DNA of 64,000 nucleotides from Blasia pusilla (taxonomy: Eukaryota). Location: positions 45,384,001 to 45,448,000 of the forward strand of contig CM114271.1 of NCBI GenBank assembly GCA_050084515.1. Reading direction: 5' to 3'. Below, in pieces: positions 52,775 through 64,000 of the stretch. Each line of letters opens with the position of its first letter. Positions within the stretch are counted from its first letter, which is position 1. The notes under the pieces were generated by a model, which made no database searches, was not told the DNA's origin, and saw only the letters and a program-made list of their open reading frames with translations. The translations under genes were made by a program, and so were the position numbers.

Positions 52775-53062
52775 GAGCCCGTCCCCATGGAGTCGCGGCG
52801 GCACTTCCCTCTCGACCGAGGCCGACGGTCCTACCAGTTTCCTGGTAGGTAGGGTCACAAACGGTTTCCGACGCTTGACCATGAAGGAGTTAAGAAAATA
52901 ACGGATACAATACTTTAATTTCCCAAGGATCGCCTCAAATCTCCGTGTCATAAATTTCACGGTGCATAAAGACCAACGACCCATGTATGTTGTGTGAAAT
53001 GATAATCATCGATTTAACATCGGAAGGAGCCCACCACCATGGAATTCTACATGGGGACCTCC
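52775..53062. mobile_element. ~290-bp Tourist-like MITE related to the Harbinger terminus at 8414
   Basis: Imperfect TIRs GAGCCCGTCCCCATG / CATGGGGACCTCCC follow a TTA. The reverse complement of 52915-53062 is collinear with 8414-8575 (e.g. GTGAAATTTA[T/C]GAC). Confidence 0.6.
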
Positions 53063-53319
53063 CGTTGATGGAATCATTTCCCTCTTCTACTCCATTTAAT
53101 GTCACTTCCCAAAATTTAGGGACAAAATTATAAACTTATTACCGTTTTATTTTAATTTGCATACGGGATATGGTATATGCCCTTTGGCCACATAGACAAA
53201 AGAGGTGTCGAAAATGAAAGGATGGGGCCATAAGGAGTGTTCCCACACACGACGAAGCTCCCTATTGGCTGCCACGGCGATTGCAGTGACGTGTACGTGG
53301 TTTACATCCCTTGGCTGCG

Positions 53320-53385
53320 ATGGAAGGATGCATGGATGGACGGTCGTTGCTTGCATCACGATGGGGATGGATGGATGGATGGATA
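53320..53385. repeat. (GATG)n-rich simple repeat in the upstream region of the TEX2-like gene
   Basis: GGATGCATGGATGGA...GGGGATGGATGGATGGATGGAT. Confidence 0.7.
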
Positions 53386-54097
53386 CCTTGAACCATCCCG
53401 CTTCGCGTTTCGAACCCAAGCTCGGGGGCCCCACCGGCCCGAACCTCCAGCAAACCCTTGGACGCGGTATTGCGCCCTTTGGCCATTTTGGGCTCTGCCT
53501 TCCTCTCGTCCTCCGCTTCCGATTCGTGAACTTTCACGCCAGCGCACTCGCAGAGGCGTCTGGTCAATCCCGCCCCTCTAGAAGTCATCGGCTGCGTGGT
53601 CTCCCGGAAGAACGCCGTGCGGATCGCTGCAGTTCCCGAATGGTATATTGTCAAAGTTGTGCGATGTGAAAGACCGATCCAAGACGCGCATCATGTCGGT
53701 GGATGACGCGAGACTTTGAGAGCGGAATGCCGGAGAATTGGCAAAATTTGTGTCATCGGGATCGGGGTCGGGCTGTCGTAGGGAATGGTTCCGGAGTCGA
53801 TTCTCTAGATTGTGTAGCGGTGTATTTGATTTCGAGTGCGCGTTGATTCGCCTGGGAAATTGAGGGCAGGGGCAGGGTGCAATTGAGTTCCTGACCGTTA
53901 TGGGGATTGGCTGACTTTCGTTTCGTAAGAGGGTTTCCCTCCAGGGCGGAGAGCTTCTTCACGAAGAATTACCAGTTTACGATTTATGTTCCTGTTCACC
54001 GATCCCGCCGTGCAGGGTAATAACTCTGGGCGGGAGATGGTGTGGACAGTCGCAAACGACACTGTACTTTGGCAGGAAAGAGATTCACAGAATTAAC

Positions 54098-57000
54098 ATG
54101 CCATCTGTTTCTCGGATTGCCGATGCGACCGCGGACCCGGTGATCACATTGCCTGAGTACTTCGTGAGATACAAGTGGCCAACCATGTTCGGGTGCGGGT
54201 CAGCTTTTGTAAGTGGAGTGCTGGTAATTCTGTTGATAGAAGCTCTACTTCTGATGTTCCTGGTCTCACGATCAATGGAGAAGAAGCAGAGGCCTGTCAC
54301 GCCCCATTCGTCATCCGTTTCTGTTATTGCGCCGGATGATTCTTTCGTTTTCACACTCCAGGTACTTTCCGTTGCTTCCTCTTGCCATTCACCAGCGCTT
54401 CTACATCATCTTTCCCATTGCAAGCCTCCTCGTAAACTCTCGTAACCCTCTAAATGGAAGCTTGTCCGACGAGGGTTTGGTCGAAGAGTATTTCCTGTTG
54501 CGAGAGTTTCGAACATTCTGACGCTCGAGTGACCGCGGCTTTCACTTTGATCGCGTTTTCTCTGAGCGTGGCAATTGTAAGCGTCGTTTTCAGCTGGCTT
54601 GGCGCGGTTTGGATTTCAACGAACGTCGTCATACTACAGATGAGCAGCTCATTGGTGGTTGAATGAAGTTTACACGAATATTCATTTTGCTCATCGGTGA
54701 AGCCACATTAATGCACGCGTTTACTCCCTGAATATGTTTATTGTAATTCTTGTAGTCGAGCTCGACCTTCGGTTGATATATTAGAGGTGCGGAGTTTGTA
54801 ATAGAGGCCTACAGCGGTGTAGGGCTATGCCATGTTCTGCAGTGAACGAAGCACTGATTTGTTCATCTTCACTGTTAAGAACAATTCCGTTTCCATGGAA
54901 AGGAACCGAGTGCCGTCCTACATGTTCTGGGCTCGGGAGTTGGGGGCCATTTAATCAGTAGGTCTCTCAAGTTGTTCTTACCGCGTTTCGCACTACTTGA
55001 AGTTCCCCTTCTTGGATTGGCCAAGAAGGCGAATGTCTTGGACGTTTAAGTCGTCGAGATGTTAACAGTACTCTTGCTGGAATCCTACTTGTGTTGTTTA
55101 TATTAATGAGGTATATGTGTTCCCTCAAAAAATTTCCTATCCGATTGTACTCGGCAACTCCAATTCTTCTTACCCGGTGGAGACTACCTGCTGTGTCGTG
55201 TCCGCTGCTGGACATGTCTTTTGTACCACAAGTGCTGGCTATCAGTCCACATCATCACGGTCGCATCAGACTTGTGACATTCACGTCGAAATTGAATCTA
55301 GTAATCATTGTCTTTTGAGTGCAGGGTGGCGTATGGATCACACCTTTGCCTCCCGGCGACATAAAAAAAATGTACACAAGACGTGAAAAAGCTCTGCGGG
55401 AGAAGGCTGCCAAGGACGATAAGAATGACCAGGATAAGGGTTCGAAAGATTCGAAATCCAAGCGTGACATTTTGAAGGATTATGTTCAGATAACTCCTGT
55501 TTGGAGGCACGCCAGGCTGCATGGGAGAATACTGCATCTTAGTGCTGCGGGGATCAAGGAAAGCATCCTTCTGCAAGGTTGTGAAATACTTGCCGTTTCT
55601 GGAGCCTCAGAGTCTACCCGCAAATGGTGAATGCAGGTTTACCCTATGCACCACACTGCATTCTGTTTCTACAATACAGAGAACATGGAGAACCCCATAC
55701 TAGCAATTTAGTAGTGGTAACTCTGATTTTCAAATTTTGACTGGCAGGTTTATGTAGGAGATGAATTTTTTGAAGAAATAGACCCGGCAGTGAGTCTGGT
55801 TGTGCTGTTAGGATCTTTCCAAAGTCTTTTTTAGACAATTTACTTGAGAAGTCACATAGCGTAAGGCCTGTTCAGAGTTCACTCTGTGTAGAGGAAACAA
55901 ACAAAAACTTTTTTCTCGAGATGAATTTAAATGGAAATATCTAGCAGTGCATGTGGTATGAAGTGGCTAAACTAAAATGTGGAAGATGAGCTGATAGCTT
56001 CTTGTGGTTTCCTAACTTGATTATAGGGCCAAAAAATACCCTATTAAGATTCATCACCGGAGCCGGGTGATATATGGAGGATCTTATGACTGCCTATTAT
56101 ACTTGGACACAGGTTGGGAAAAAGAGGCATGGTGTGAAGTTCTTCGGGGGGCTGTGAAATGGCAGGACGATACTACAGACTCATATTTTAAGTTGAAGAA
56201 AGAATTCAAGGAATATATCCTTCGTGTAGAGGCTCAGTTTCCTTTTCTTAATCGAATCAACTCTGGTAGGGTTTCTTGCACAGTTGATGAAAATAAAGTG
56301 AGGATACCAAAGGCAGAGGTTAACACTTCCACTACAAAAAGGCGTCTGCTCTGGAAAAGACTCACACGTCGCAACCTTAAAAGCAATCGGGACAGCAAAT
56401 CTGGAGATTTTCAAGAAGATGTTAAGAAGGCTTCTGATGATGTAGTCACGGCAGAGGAGGGTAGCAGCAGAGGGACAAGCAGCATAACAGCGAGTGCTGG
56501 TGATCCAGTCCTTGTTGGTAGTGCCAGCGCTGATGACCTAATTGGTGCAAGACCACTGATACAAGAGGGATCTAGTGTCAGAGCTGAGAGTCTAAGAGTG
56601 GCATCGGTTACATCAAGAGCTCTTAACGACAGCTCTTCAGCCCCATTGGAAAGAGACACTCAGCCACAGCTTCACCAGGGGGAGACTATGGAACCAACAC
56701 TTCTTTGTGTAAATTCACTATTTTCAAGGCTATTTTTTGACCTGTACCACAGTTCAGCAGTTGTAAACCGTATACGTGCACTTCTTCAGGCAGGACTCCA
56801 ATCTCATTTCTCTCTTGATTTAGCTTTGGCGTTGTGATGTGTTTCTGGTAGTTTAATAGTGTACTTCTGTAGGAATTTCTCCTAGATGTTACTCCTTGTG
56901 ACCATAGCATTGTGCTCTTCCACTGTTATACCCTCTACAGTCTCATGTCTGTTAGCAGTCTTGTACTACTTCAAGAGAATGAATTTCATTAAGAGAATGT

Positions 57001-59698
57001 GATTGACAGGGGGAGCAATTTTCGGATAGGTTGATTGACTAGAAGCGTACGCTTAGTAAAGATTCTGGACCCTGATGGTGGTTGTAGATTTAACCTGATT
57101 TTTACATTTCTTTGAGATCCAGTAGTTGCTAAGGGAGAACATACTCGGTGCCTATGTGACAAAATATTGTTTACTGGTTGGGTTCTCAGAGACAACTATC
57201 GAAGGTGCCTACTCCAAGTTATATTGGGAAAGTGAACTGTACTCATCTGGATCTGGGCAATTCTCCACCACTAGCGCGGAATATGTCTTTCCTCCCTGTT
57301 GATTCCGAGGGTGCTTGGGGTTTAGAGGCAGATTTGGAGTATTACGGAGGTGCAATTCTTACTATTGAAACTCGAATAGATGTTCGTGACTCGAGCTCAC
57401 GGGAGAAGGTTGTGGCTCAAGGCCTTGAACAGAGTCTAGCTGGAGCAGCTACGGCAGATCTTCTGACCAAGGGTTTGGAAAGCCTAAACGATGATTTCGG
57501 TATTGCTGTGGATGAGGGGATAAGTTCAGCTGAGCAGAGAAATGCAGGTGGCACATCAAGTAGCAGCAGGCCAGGTAATATTCTCGTGGGTTATGTTGTT
57601 ATGCTTTGGAAATCCATTTCTTGATAATCATGGATTTTGGATGGCTACACATGTAGCAAGAATGTGTCAACCTCTCGAGTACAGAAGGAAATAACAGGTG
57701 GAGGGGGGTTATGTGTGGGCGGTCCCAGTATATTCAGACCCTACCACCTAACGACCACAGTTTTTATTTCTGATAGGGTGGTCCAATTTCTAATAGCTGT
57801 ATGAGCATTGGGAGTCGCTTATTGCTACGGCAGGATTTCTTATATCTTCAAATCAAATCAATAAGCTGGTCTAATGCCTTCCTGCGTGCTTGCATCTGAT
57901 GTTCTTAGGGGGATGTAGTGAGCAGAATGAAGAGCCATGGTATAAAGAGTACTGAATGCTAGCAGGTATTGCCCATTGTGTGTTTCAATGAGCTGAGTAA
58001 AGTCTAGAGTTAGGTGATTGCTGTCAGGCTGAGTCTGCAGGTCTCTGAGCTGAATTCGGTCAGAGATTCAAACTTAAGTGGGATAGTAATCAAGAAAAGC
58101 CCGGAATTGTCATTGTGTGATTTGTCTTGGCAGCTGATATCAGAAGTTCAGAAGAAGGTAGTCGTAAGGGCTGGATGCAGTCATCAATTACCAATGTAAA
58201 AGCTATGATGTCACGAGTTGCAGAGCAGGTTTCTCTCTTTCTCTCTCCTTTTTTTTCAGTTCAGTTATGTGAAGTTGCTTCAGGAAAAGACGACCACACC
58301 ATGTCATCCCAGAGGACAGAGGACTTCCATCTATTTTGTCTATCATCTTTCAGCTTGGCAAAAGCACTTTCTTGTTACGCCAGGTTGGTGTGTGGAATTC
58401 AGTTACCTAAGAATGAGGTGAGTAGTCATCGAGAGAATATTTTGAACTCATTGTAAAGAACTTACTAAATTGTAGCGGGTTTGTGTTCGAGCAGGAAAGT
58501 GTAGGCAGTGCTCTATGGTTTGCCCTTTCTGATAAAGGACTTTCTTGCTTAAATATTAGTTGCTGAAGTTTAGTTTTCTTTGTGGTAATTTGTCTCTGAT
58601 TCTCAATGTTGCTATTCTCAGGTGCCTCTGGCGTTAACAATAAAAGTAGTGCAGGTGAAGGGCACACTTCAAGTTAGGATAAAACCACCACCATCAGATC
58701 GTGTGTGGTTCAGTTTTACGAAAATGCCCACACTGGAGCTGGTACCAGAGCCTTGTATTGGAGAGCACAAAATCAATAGCGGTCCTCTTGGTGCATTTAT
58801 TGTCAACCAAATTAAGGTTCATACTCTTGCTCTTATAAATTAGTGAGTAAATCTTAAGTTTCACATGGAAGAGTGCCACACGAATCTCAAATGACCACAT
58901 CAGAGCTGCTATTCTTCTCAGTTGTATATACTGCTCATGAACGGATGGTTCAATTATGAACTAACTTGTTTCTGTGCTGACATATTTTTATTCTAAGGGA
59001 TCATTGTCTCATGGATGCAGATTCTCCTGCGTGAAACCATGGTATTTCCACAATTTGAAGATCTATCATACAAGTGGATGATCTCAGAAGCTGACAACTG
59101 GCTTCCCAGAGATGCAGTTCCATTGGCGTTTGTTCCCGAGCAAGTACCATCTGATCAAAGTAATCAAAATGATTGGCGGGAAAGCCAGTTGAGAAGAGAA
59201 GGTAGTGTAGACATCATCCGTGTTGAGACACAAGATGCGGGTGTGGGTCCTTCTAAGAGCCTTCCAGGTATTCACTCCCAATACAGTCCGGAAACGTTTA
59301 CTCCTCCTATGTCACCCTCCAGAGGATCATGTATGCCGAGTACTCTATCTGCAATACCTGCAAGCAAAGAATCTTCCGCCGATCTGACAAAGCCCCTACT
59401 AGACTATGAAGCAATGTCTGTGGAAGGTCTCTATAGAGAATCTGAAGCCCTGTCCGAAACTCCCCAGATTATGAGCATTCTACAGCCTGGACGAACATCA
59501 ACCTCTGACAGTGAGACTGGAAACTTCAAGCCTGAAACAAGGGATCTGTCGGAGAAGCAAGCTGCAAAGAATTCTAAGCGTGCCAAAGTACTTACATTTG
59601 GGAAGAAGATGGGCACTAAGCTCGAGGAGAAGAGGAGGAGCGTCCTAGATAAGATGAGAGATCGGTCGCAACAGGACTCAGAGCATTCAAATGAATGA
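54098..59698 (+). CDS. TEX2/Nvj2-like membrane-contact-site lipid-transfer protein (N-terminal TM helix, PH-like domain, SMP/MMM1 domain), ~893 aa. Exons: 54098-54361, 55325-55626, 56027-56789, 57190-57574, 58134-58228, 58622-58816, 59021-59698
   Basis: The exons join in frame (2682 nt). TM segment AFVSGVLVILLIEALLLMFLV. Family motifs LQGCEILAVS..RKWAKKYPIK, LDTGWEKEAWC, NSLFSRLFFD, LSKVPTPSYIGKV..LDLGNSPP, LEYYGGAILTIETRIDV, KGTLQVRIKPPPSDRVWFSFTKMP and LRETMVFP are present. Confidence 0.92.
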
Positions 59699-61176
59699 TG
59701 GGAGCATGGCCATTCCGATCCATCTAGTGCTGGGATTTGACTCAACTGCATGAGTATCGTGTCCATGTGTTCCTCTCAAACAGTCATGGTCTCATGGTTA
59801 TTCCAGGTGTTCCTGGAGAATGGCAGTTTCAGCATGATACTAAAGCAAAAAGGTGGCGTTTAGGGTTGAGTTCGTGATTGAGTTGTCTCCTGTGTTGGTG
59901 GTTGTGCAGGCAAGTCCAAAGCTCTGTGAAACTACCAGACCACTTCTGGTGAGAACTTACGACTTGAAGGATGTTCTAACATCATTTTCGAGTTTTCCAA
60001 CTCGAGTGTCTTATTTGGGGTGGTTACTATTTGTCGCTTGATCCACTCCAAGCTCGAGAACCTTTCGTGAATATGCTAAAGCTTGTGAAGACAACACGAT
60101 GAATCAAACGTCTGGGCCAAAGTGGACATGCTCCAAGAAGGTATATGGTGGATTAATTTTTACACACCAGCCCTTGGTTGGATGCGCATTACGCAACCGA
60201 CATCTGGACGTGATAGTGGATTGGGGAGATTTTTTGGAATACCATCAGGGGTGACACTCTATAGTCTTCTGGAGTCTCAGGGGGCGTAGACCGGGCGCTG
60301 TGTGAGGGGCAGTGTCAGTAATTGTTTAGAGATGCCTGGAGTGGAACTGTAAGTTCCTAGTTGTCCTCTCTGGGCATCGCTTGAGAAGGTTGGAAAATCT
60401 CATGAAGACGCCGAAATGCTATAGGCTGGTTGGAAACTAGAAGAGCAGAGTTCTGACAGTTCTGTGACAGTTGGGGGAAATTCAATTTTCTGACATTGGG
60501 AGACGAAGCCTGATCCGGTCATCATTGGATAGGTCTTTGTACAGCAGCAGTCTCTCAATGTGTTGGACATATTTCATGTTGCCATCCGTCCATGTGGTCT
60601 GGGCAGGTGAATTCATATATTACCCAAGTTAACCTGTGAAATAGACAGCACAATTTTTGGAAGACTTAGGCCACTAGGTGGGTGGCAATATTAGCAGTAC
60701 TGAACTGCAAAGGTTGCTGGAGCAAAAATTCGATGCGACACATTAAGTATTTGTTCGAGGGGCAATGTATATACGACTCCATAGACTGGTTTGGAAATCC
60801 TTAACGGGATGCGCCATGTGGGAGGGGTAGAGAGAGAATGATTGTAGCTAAGTAGGACTTTCCAGCGCCCGGCCACTTGACGAGGAGTGCCTTGGATGTC
60901 CTCGGAAAGTCCTCCGTGCCGAATATTCTCATGGCACCTCGAGTCGTAAGAAATAAATGTGGGGAAAGCGAACTTACTGGGTGAAAACCCGAATTGGAAG
61001 AGGATATTTTTTGCACAACCCCTTGGTCCTCGTGGAACTATGTCTTTTAGTGAAAACTAATAGAATTTAGGTCTAGAGAGGACATGTTAGTGAGAATTGT
61101 ATGTCGGATTGTAGAAACAGATGTCATTTTGGGATACGGCAGCGGGTGATATGGCTTCTAGACTTTAGTTCTTAAT

Positions 61177-61432
61177 AGGGGGTGTCATAATATTGCCTGT
61201 CGGGAATCGTCCGGGTGAGGGGGTTGGCCCGGATAGTCACTGGGGGGGCAGTTTTGTGCTGGCCCGTGTATGTCAGCTGCCAGCCTTAAATCCACGAATA
61301 CCCGAGAAGAACTGCAAATGGGACGGGAGCGATTCTTCCAAGGAGCGCCAAAACGTTTGCCTGAGCTACCCGTTTGGGATCCTTGGATAGAGAGACACTA
61401 AAATCCCGGATAGGGGTATTATGACACCCCCT
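61177..61432. mobile_element. 256-bp MITE (Tourist/Harbinger-like) with 3-bp TSD AAT
   Basis: Perfect 16-bp TIRs AGGGGGTGTCATAATA / TATTATGACACCCCCT extend imperfectly to ~30 bp. AAT flanks both sides. Confidence 0.85.
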
Positions 61433-64000
61433 AATGTCTCCTATTATCTTCGTGTGTGGAACTCCCATGACATGAGGACTCCTATGTCGCATGAATAGGC
61501 AGTTACACTGGTTTTACTTTCTATACGAAAATTGGCCGTAGAAGTGTGGTTGTACTTGCGAACGATGCTTTGACAAGGACTGTAGTCGCCAGTCAGGGAG
61601 GTTTTGTCACACGGGACACCACTTCAACAGTCTAATGAGCCACTGGTGATATCGTACTAAGTGCATATATAGTTGCAGCTAAAATTCAAGCGATAGGATC
61701 TCCACTTTTGTAAGAAATTCAGAAATGGGATTAATCATAACCTATGGAATAACGATGCAGCGTGTGACGAATCTGGACGTCTTTGACTTCGAAAGTGATG
61801 TCTGTTCCCCACATGTGTTTGTACCTTTGAACTCGAAGAATGAAACACCACGTCCATTTCTGCCATTAGCTTTTAGTCCCCAATAGTCATGCTACTGCTC
61901 TCTTTCCTACAAAATCATCGCCTTCAATTTCGAAGAAGATAGCGCCCACCGCTGTTTGTGGTCTTCCACGGATCGTGTTAGTCACTTGGATGATACTTGG
62001 AGCTAATCAGATGTTCAATCGCAAATGTAAGGCAGGTAACAGTGGTTATTTGTTTCACTGCATACTCAAACTTCTCTTTGCGGAACGACCAAGTTAGTTG
62101 TAAATTGATGAATGACTCGGTGCTTTACATTGCTTTCAAGTTCGTTGTGGTTAGATTTTGTGGATGTGCCCATTTGGTGACATGAACATTTGTACATTGT
62201 AGATCTTGTGCAAACATCTTTATAATTATTGAAGGATAACGTTTTGTTAGTTTATCACTTCCCATGACTAGTAATACTTTGGGCAGCAAGAAGCCAAAAC
62301 ATATTTATCATGAACATAAAATATTTAGATAAGAAGATATATTTTGGCACAAGAAGCAAAGAAAATGTTCAGATTATTATTTTTTTGCTGCTGAATCTAT
62401 ATTATTATTGGAGAATGTTTGGTCATTTTACAAATTCCGCTCCTCTTGACATTTGGCTCGTCGTGTTGGCCAATAGGATTGTTTGAAATTAATTTAAAAT
62501 GACATTTTCCAACTTTTTGAGTTAATTTTGGGAGGTAATTCAAATCTAGTAGGAATATAATACAATATGACCCAATAACACTTCCTGCTTGACATACGAC
62601 ATATATTAGTGTTATATTACAAGATGACATCTTCTTGATGTTTGAGTGGATCATTATGCACCATAGGTATGTGTATGCCGCATCTCAAAAAATAAAATGA
62701 TTAAATTGAAGGGTAACAAAATAAAATTCTTATGCCGGTTTCAAATTGTTGTATTGATTTCAATTAAAAAAATTGGCTTGAAACAACTAGAAAATAACAT
62801 TCAATGAATGCTTGTAGATGTATGGAAACTATGATACATTATGAAATATCTAATCATATGGGACGATCGAAATTTTATTCCATGTATTCTATTGATTTTT
62901 TCGCACTCATCTTTTTTTTTGGAATAAATTTCAATTCATTATCCATAGGTCTATTGCCAAGATTATTAATAAGTCTCAATGTCACATGTACTTACTTTAT
63001 AAGATACAATTTACTTGCTTGTGTATGCATCTCGTTATCAATTTTTGTGTGTTGCATTGTCTATTCTAGACTTTGAGTTTTGATTTTATCTTGGAAGGCA
63101 AATGACCACATCTACTAAGAAAGAGGAGGAGGGTCTCACCATAAGCTATTCCTCTAACTTTCAATCAGATTCAATGGTGGAAATAGATTTTGGCATGAGA
63201 TGAGTGTGAGAATTCAAAAAAAGCAAATTGATGTGTATCTAAGCTCCTCTTGATCTTCTTTCAAGTTCCTTTCATGAGCTATTTTTTCAAGTACTTTATC
63301 ATAAATCATGAAAGTTAGCCACAACATGCTCCCACGCCTTAAGAACCCAAAGAAAAAACAGATCTCGAATCGCTCACTTGTGCATTGAATTAAGAATGAG
63401 TCTATCAGACTCTATCTAGCCATTTACATCCTCTTCTTCTTTCAATTTCCTTTTCAATGGCTTTTTTTAAATTATAATTTCAATATAAATCATGAAAGTT
63501 TGTCACAACATGCCTCCAAGTCTTAAGAACTTAAGAAAAAAAATCCTAAAATTTCCCACCTATATATTGAATTAAAAAATGAGAAATCCTAGATTTAAAA
63601 TTTGAGTTTGGGTTTTATCTTGGAAGGTAAATTGCCAGGATAGGCCCTTTTGAAAGATATATGAAGGCTTTGTCTATTGCCTCATGGAGGGGATTCCTAA
63701 GTTACTTTTGGTACATTATCTTATTTTGTTTTGTTTTGTTCCTTCCACTTCTAAGTTCTTAATCATTTTTTTTCTTTTGACACTTCTATCATGGCCATTT
63801 TCATGACTTTTATGGAGGTTTCCGAGATTACATTGAGGCCTATAAGGATCTTGTTAGATAGTCATACCTATCTATTACTTTGGAAGTGATCTATGTGTAT
63901 AGATCTCCCTTGTCTTTAGGAGTGGCATTCTTGGATATGTGCTACTTGTCATATGTTTTACTAGTGGGCAACCTGTGCTATGCACAAGAGTGAATGGACT

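Noticed and set aside
53147-53669. Overlapping ORFs of 95-154 aa upstream of the TEX2-like gene
   Set aside because: GC-rich promoter/5'UTR with simple repeats; ORFs on both strands with no family motifs.
63060-63966. Degenerate direct repeats (63285-63400 vs 63478-63590) and a possible CACTA right end (…TTACTAGTG at 63966)
   Set aside because: Probably old TE debris. There is no matching TSD with the CACTA end at 25457, and a host gene lies between them.

Overview
Eukaryotic, intron-containing land-plant DNA. A bryophyte-like non-seed plant is my inference from gene style and TE families. Two intact host genes point away from each other. On the minus strand (696-6348, 6 predicted coding exons, ~1490 aa) is a large Ser/acidic-rich protein of unknown function with a conserved C-terminal 'KGILK..CxxC..coiled-coil' motif and a palindromic double E2F site upstream. 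On the plus strand (54098-59698, 7 coding exons, ~893 aa) is a TEX2/Nvj2-like TM-PH-SMP lipid-transfer protein. Between them lie ~45 kb of nested, decayed transposons: a PIF/Harbinger (Myb + DDE nuclease), a MULE-type transposase, a CACTA fragment, a Copia RT/RNaseH split by an insertion, MITEs and a 180-bp tandem satellite. The most striking signal is a group of Ty3/gypsy retrotransposons (two sequence families, five pieces). They have a permuted, split terminal-repeat layout A-internal-B-AT-A-B rather than two equal LTRs. They lack a tRNA PBS but carry a co-varying self-priming duplex. One copy shows a PHD finger at the integrase C-terminus, and a solo A-B unit has a target-site duplication. 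The layout equals a 2-LTR circle opened at an internal CA-AT-TG site. All alignments, translations and family assignments were made by eye, without database searches.
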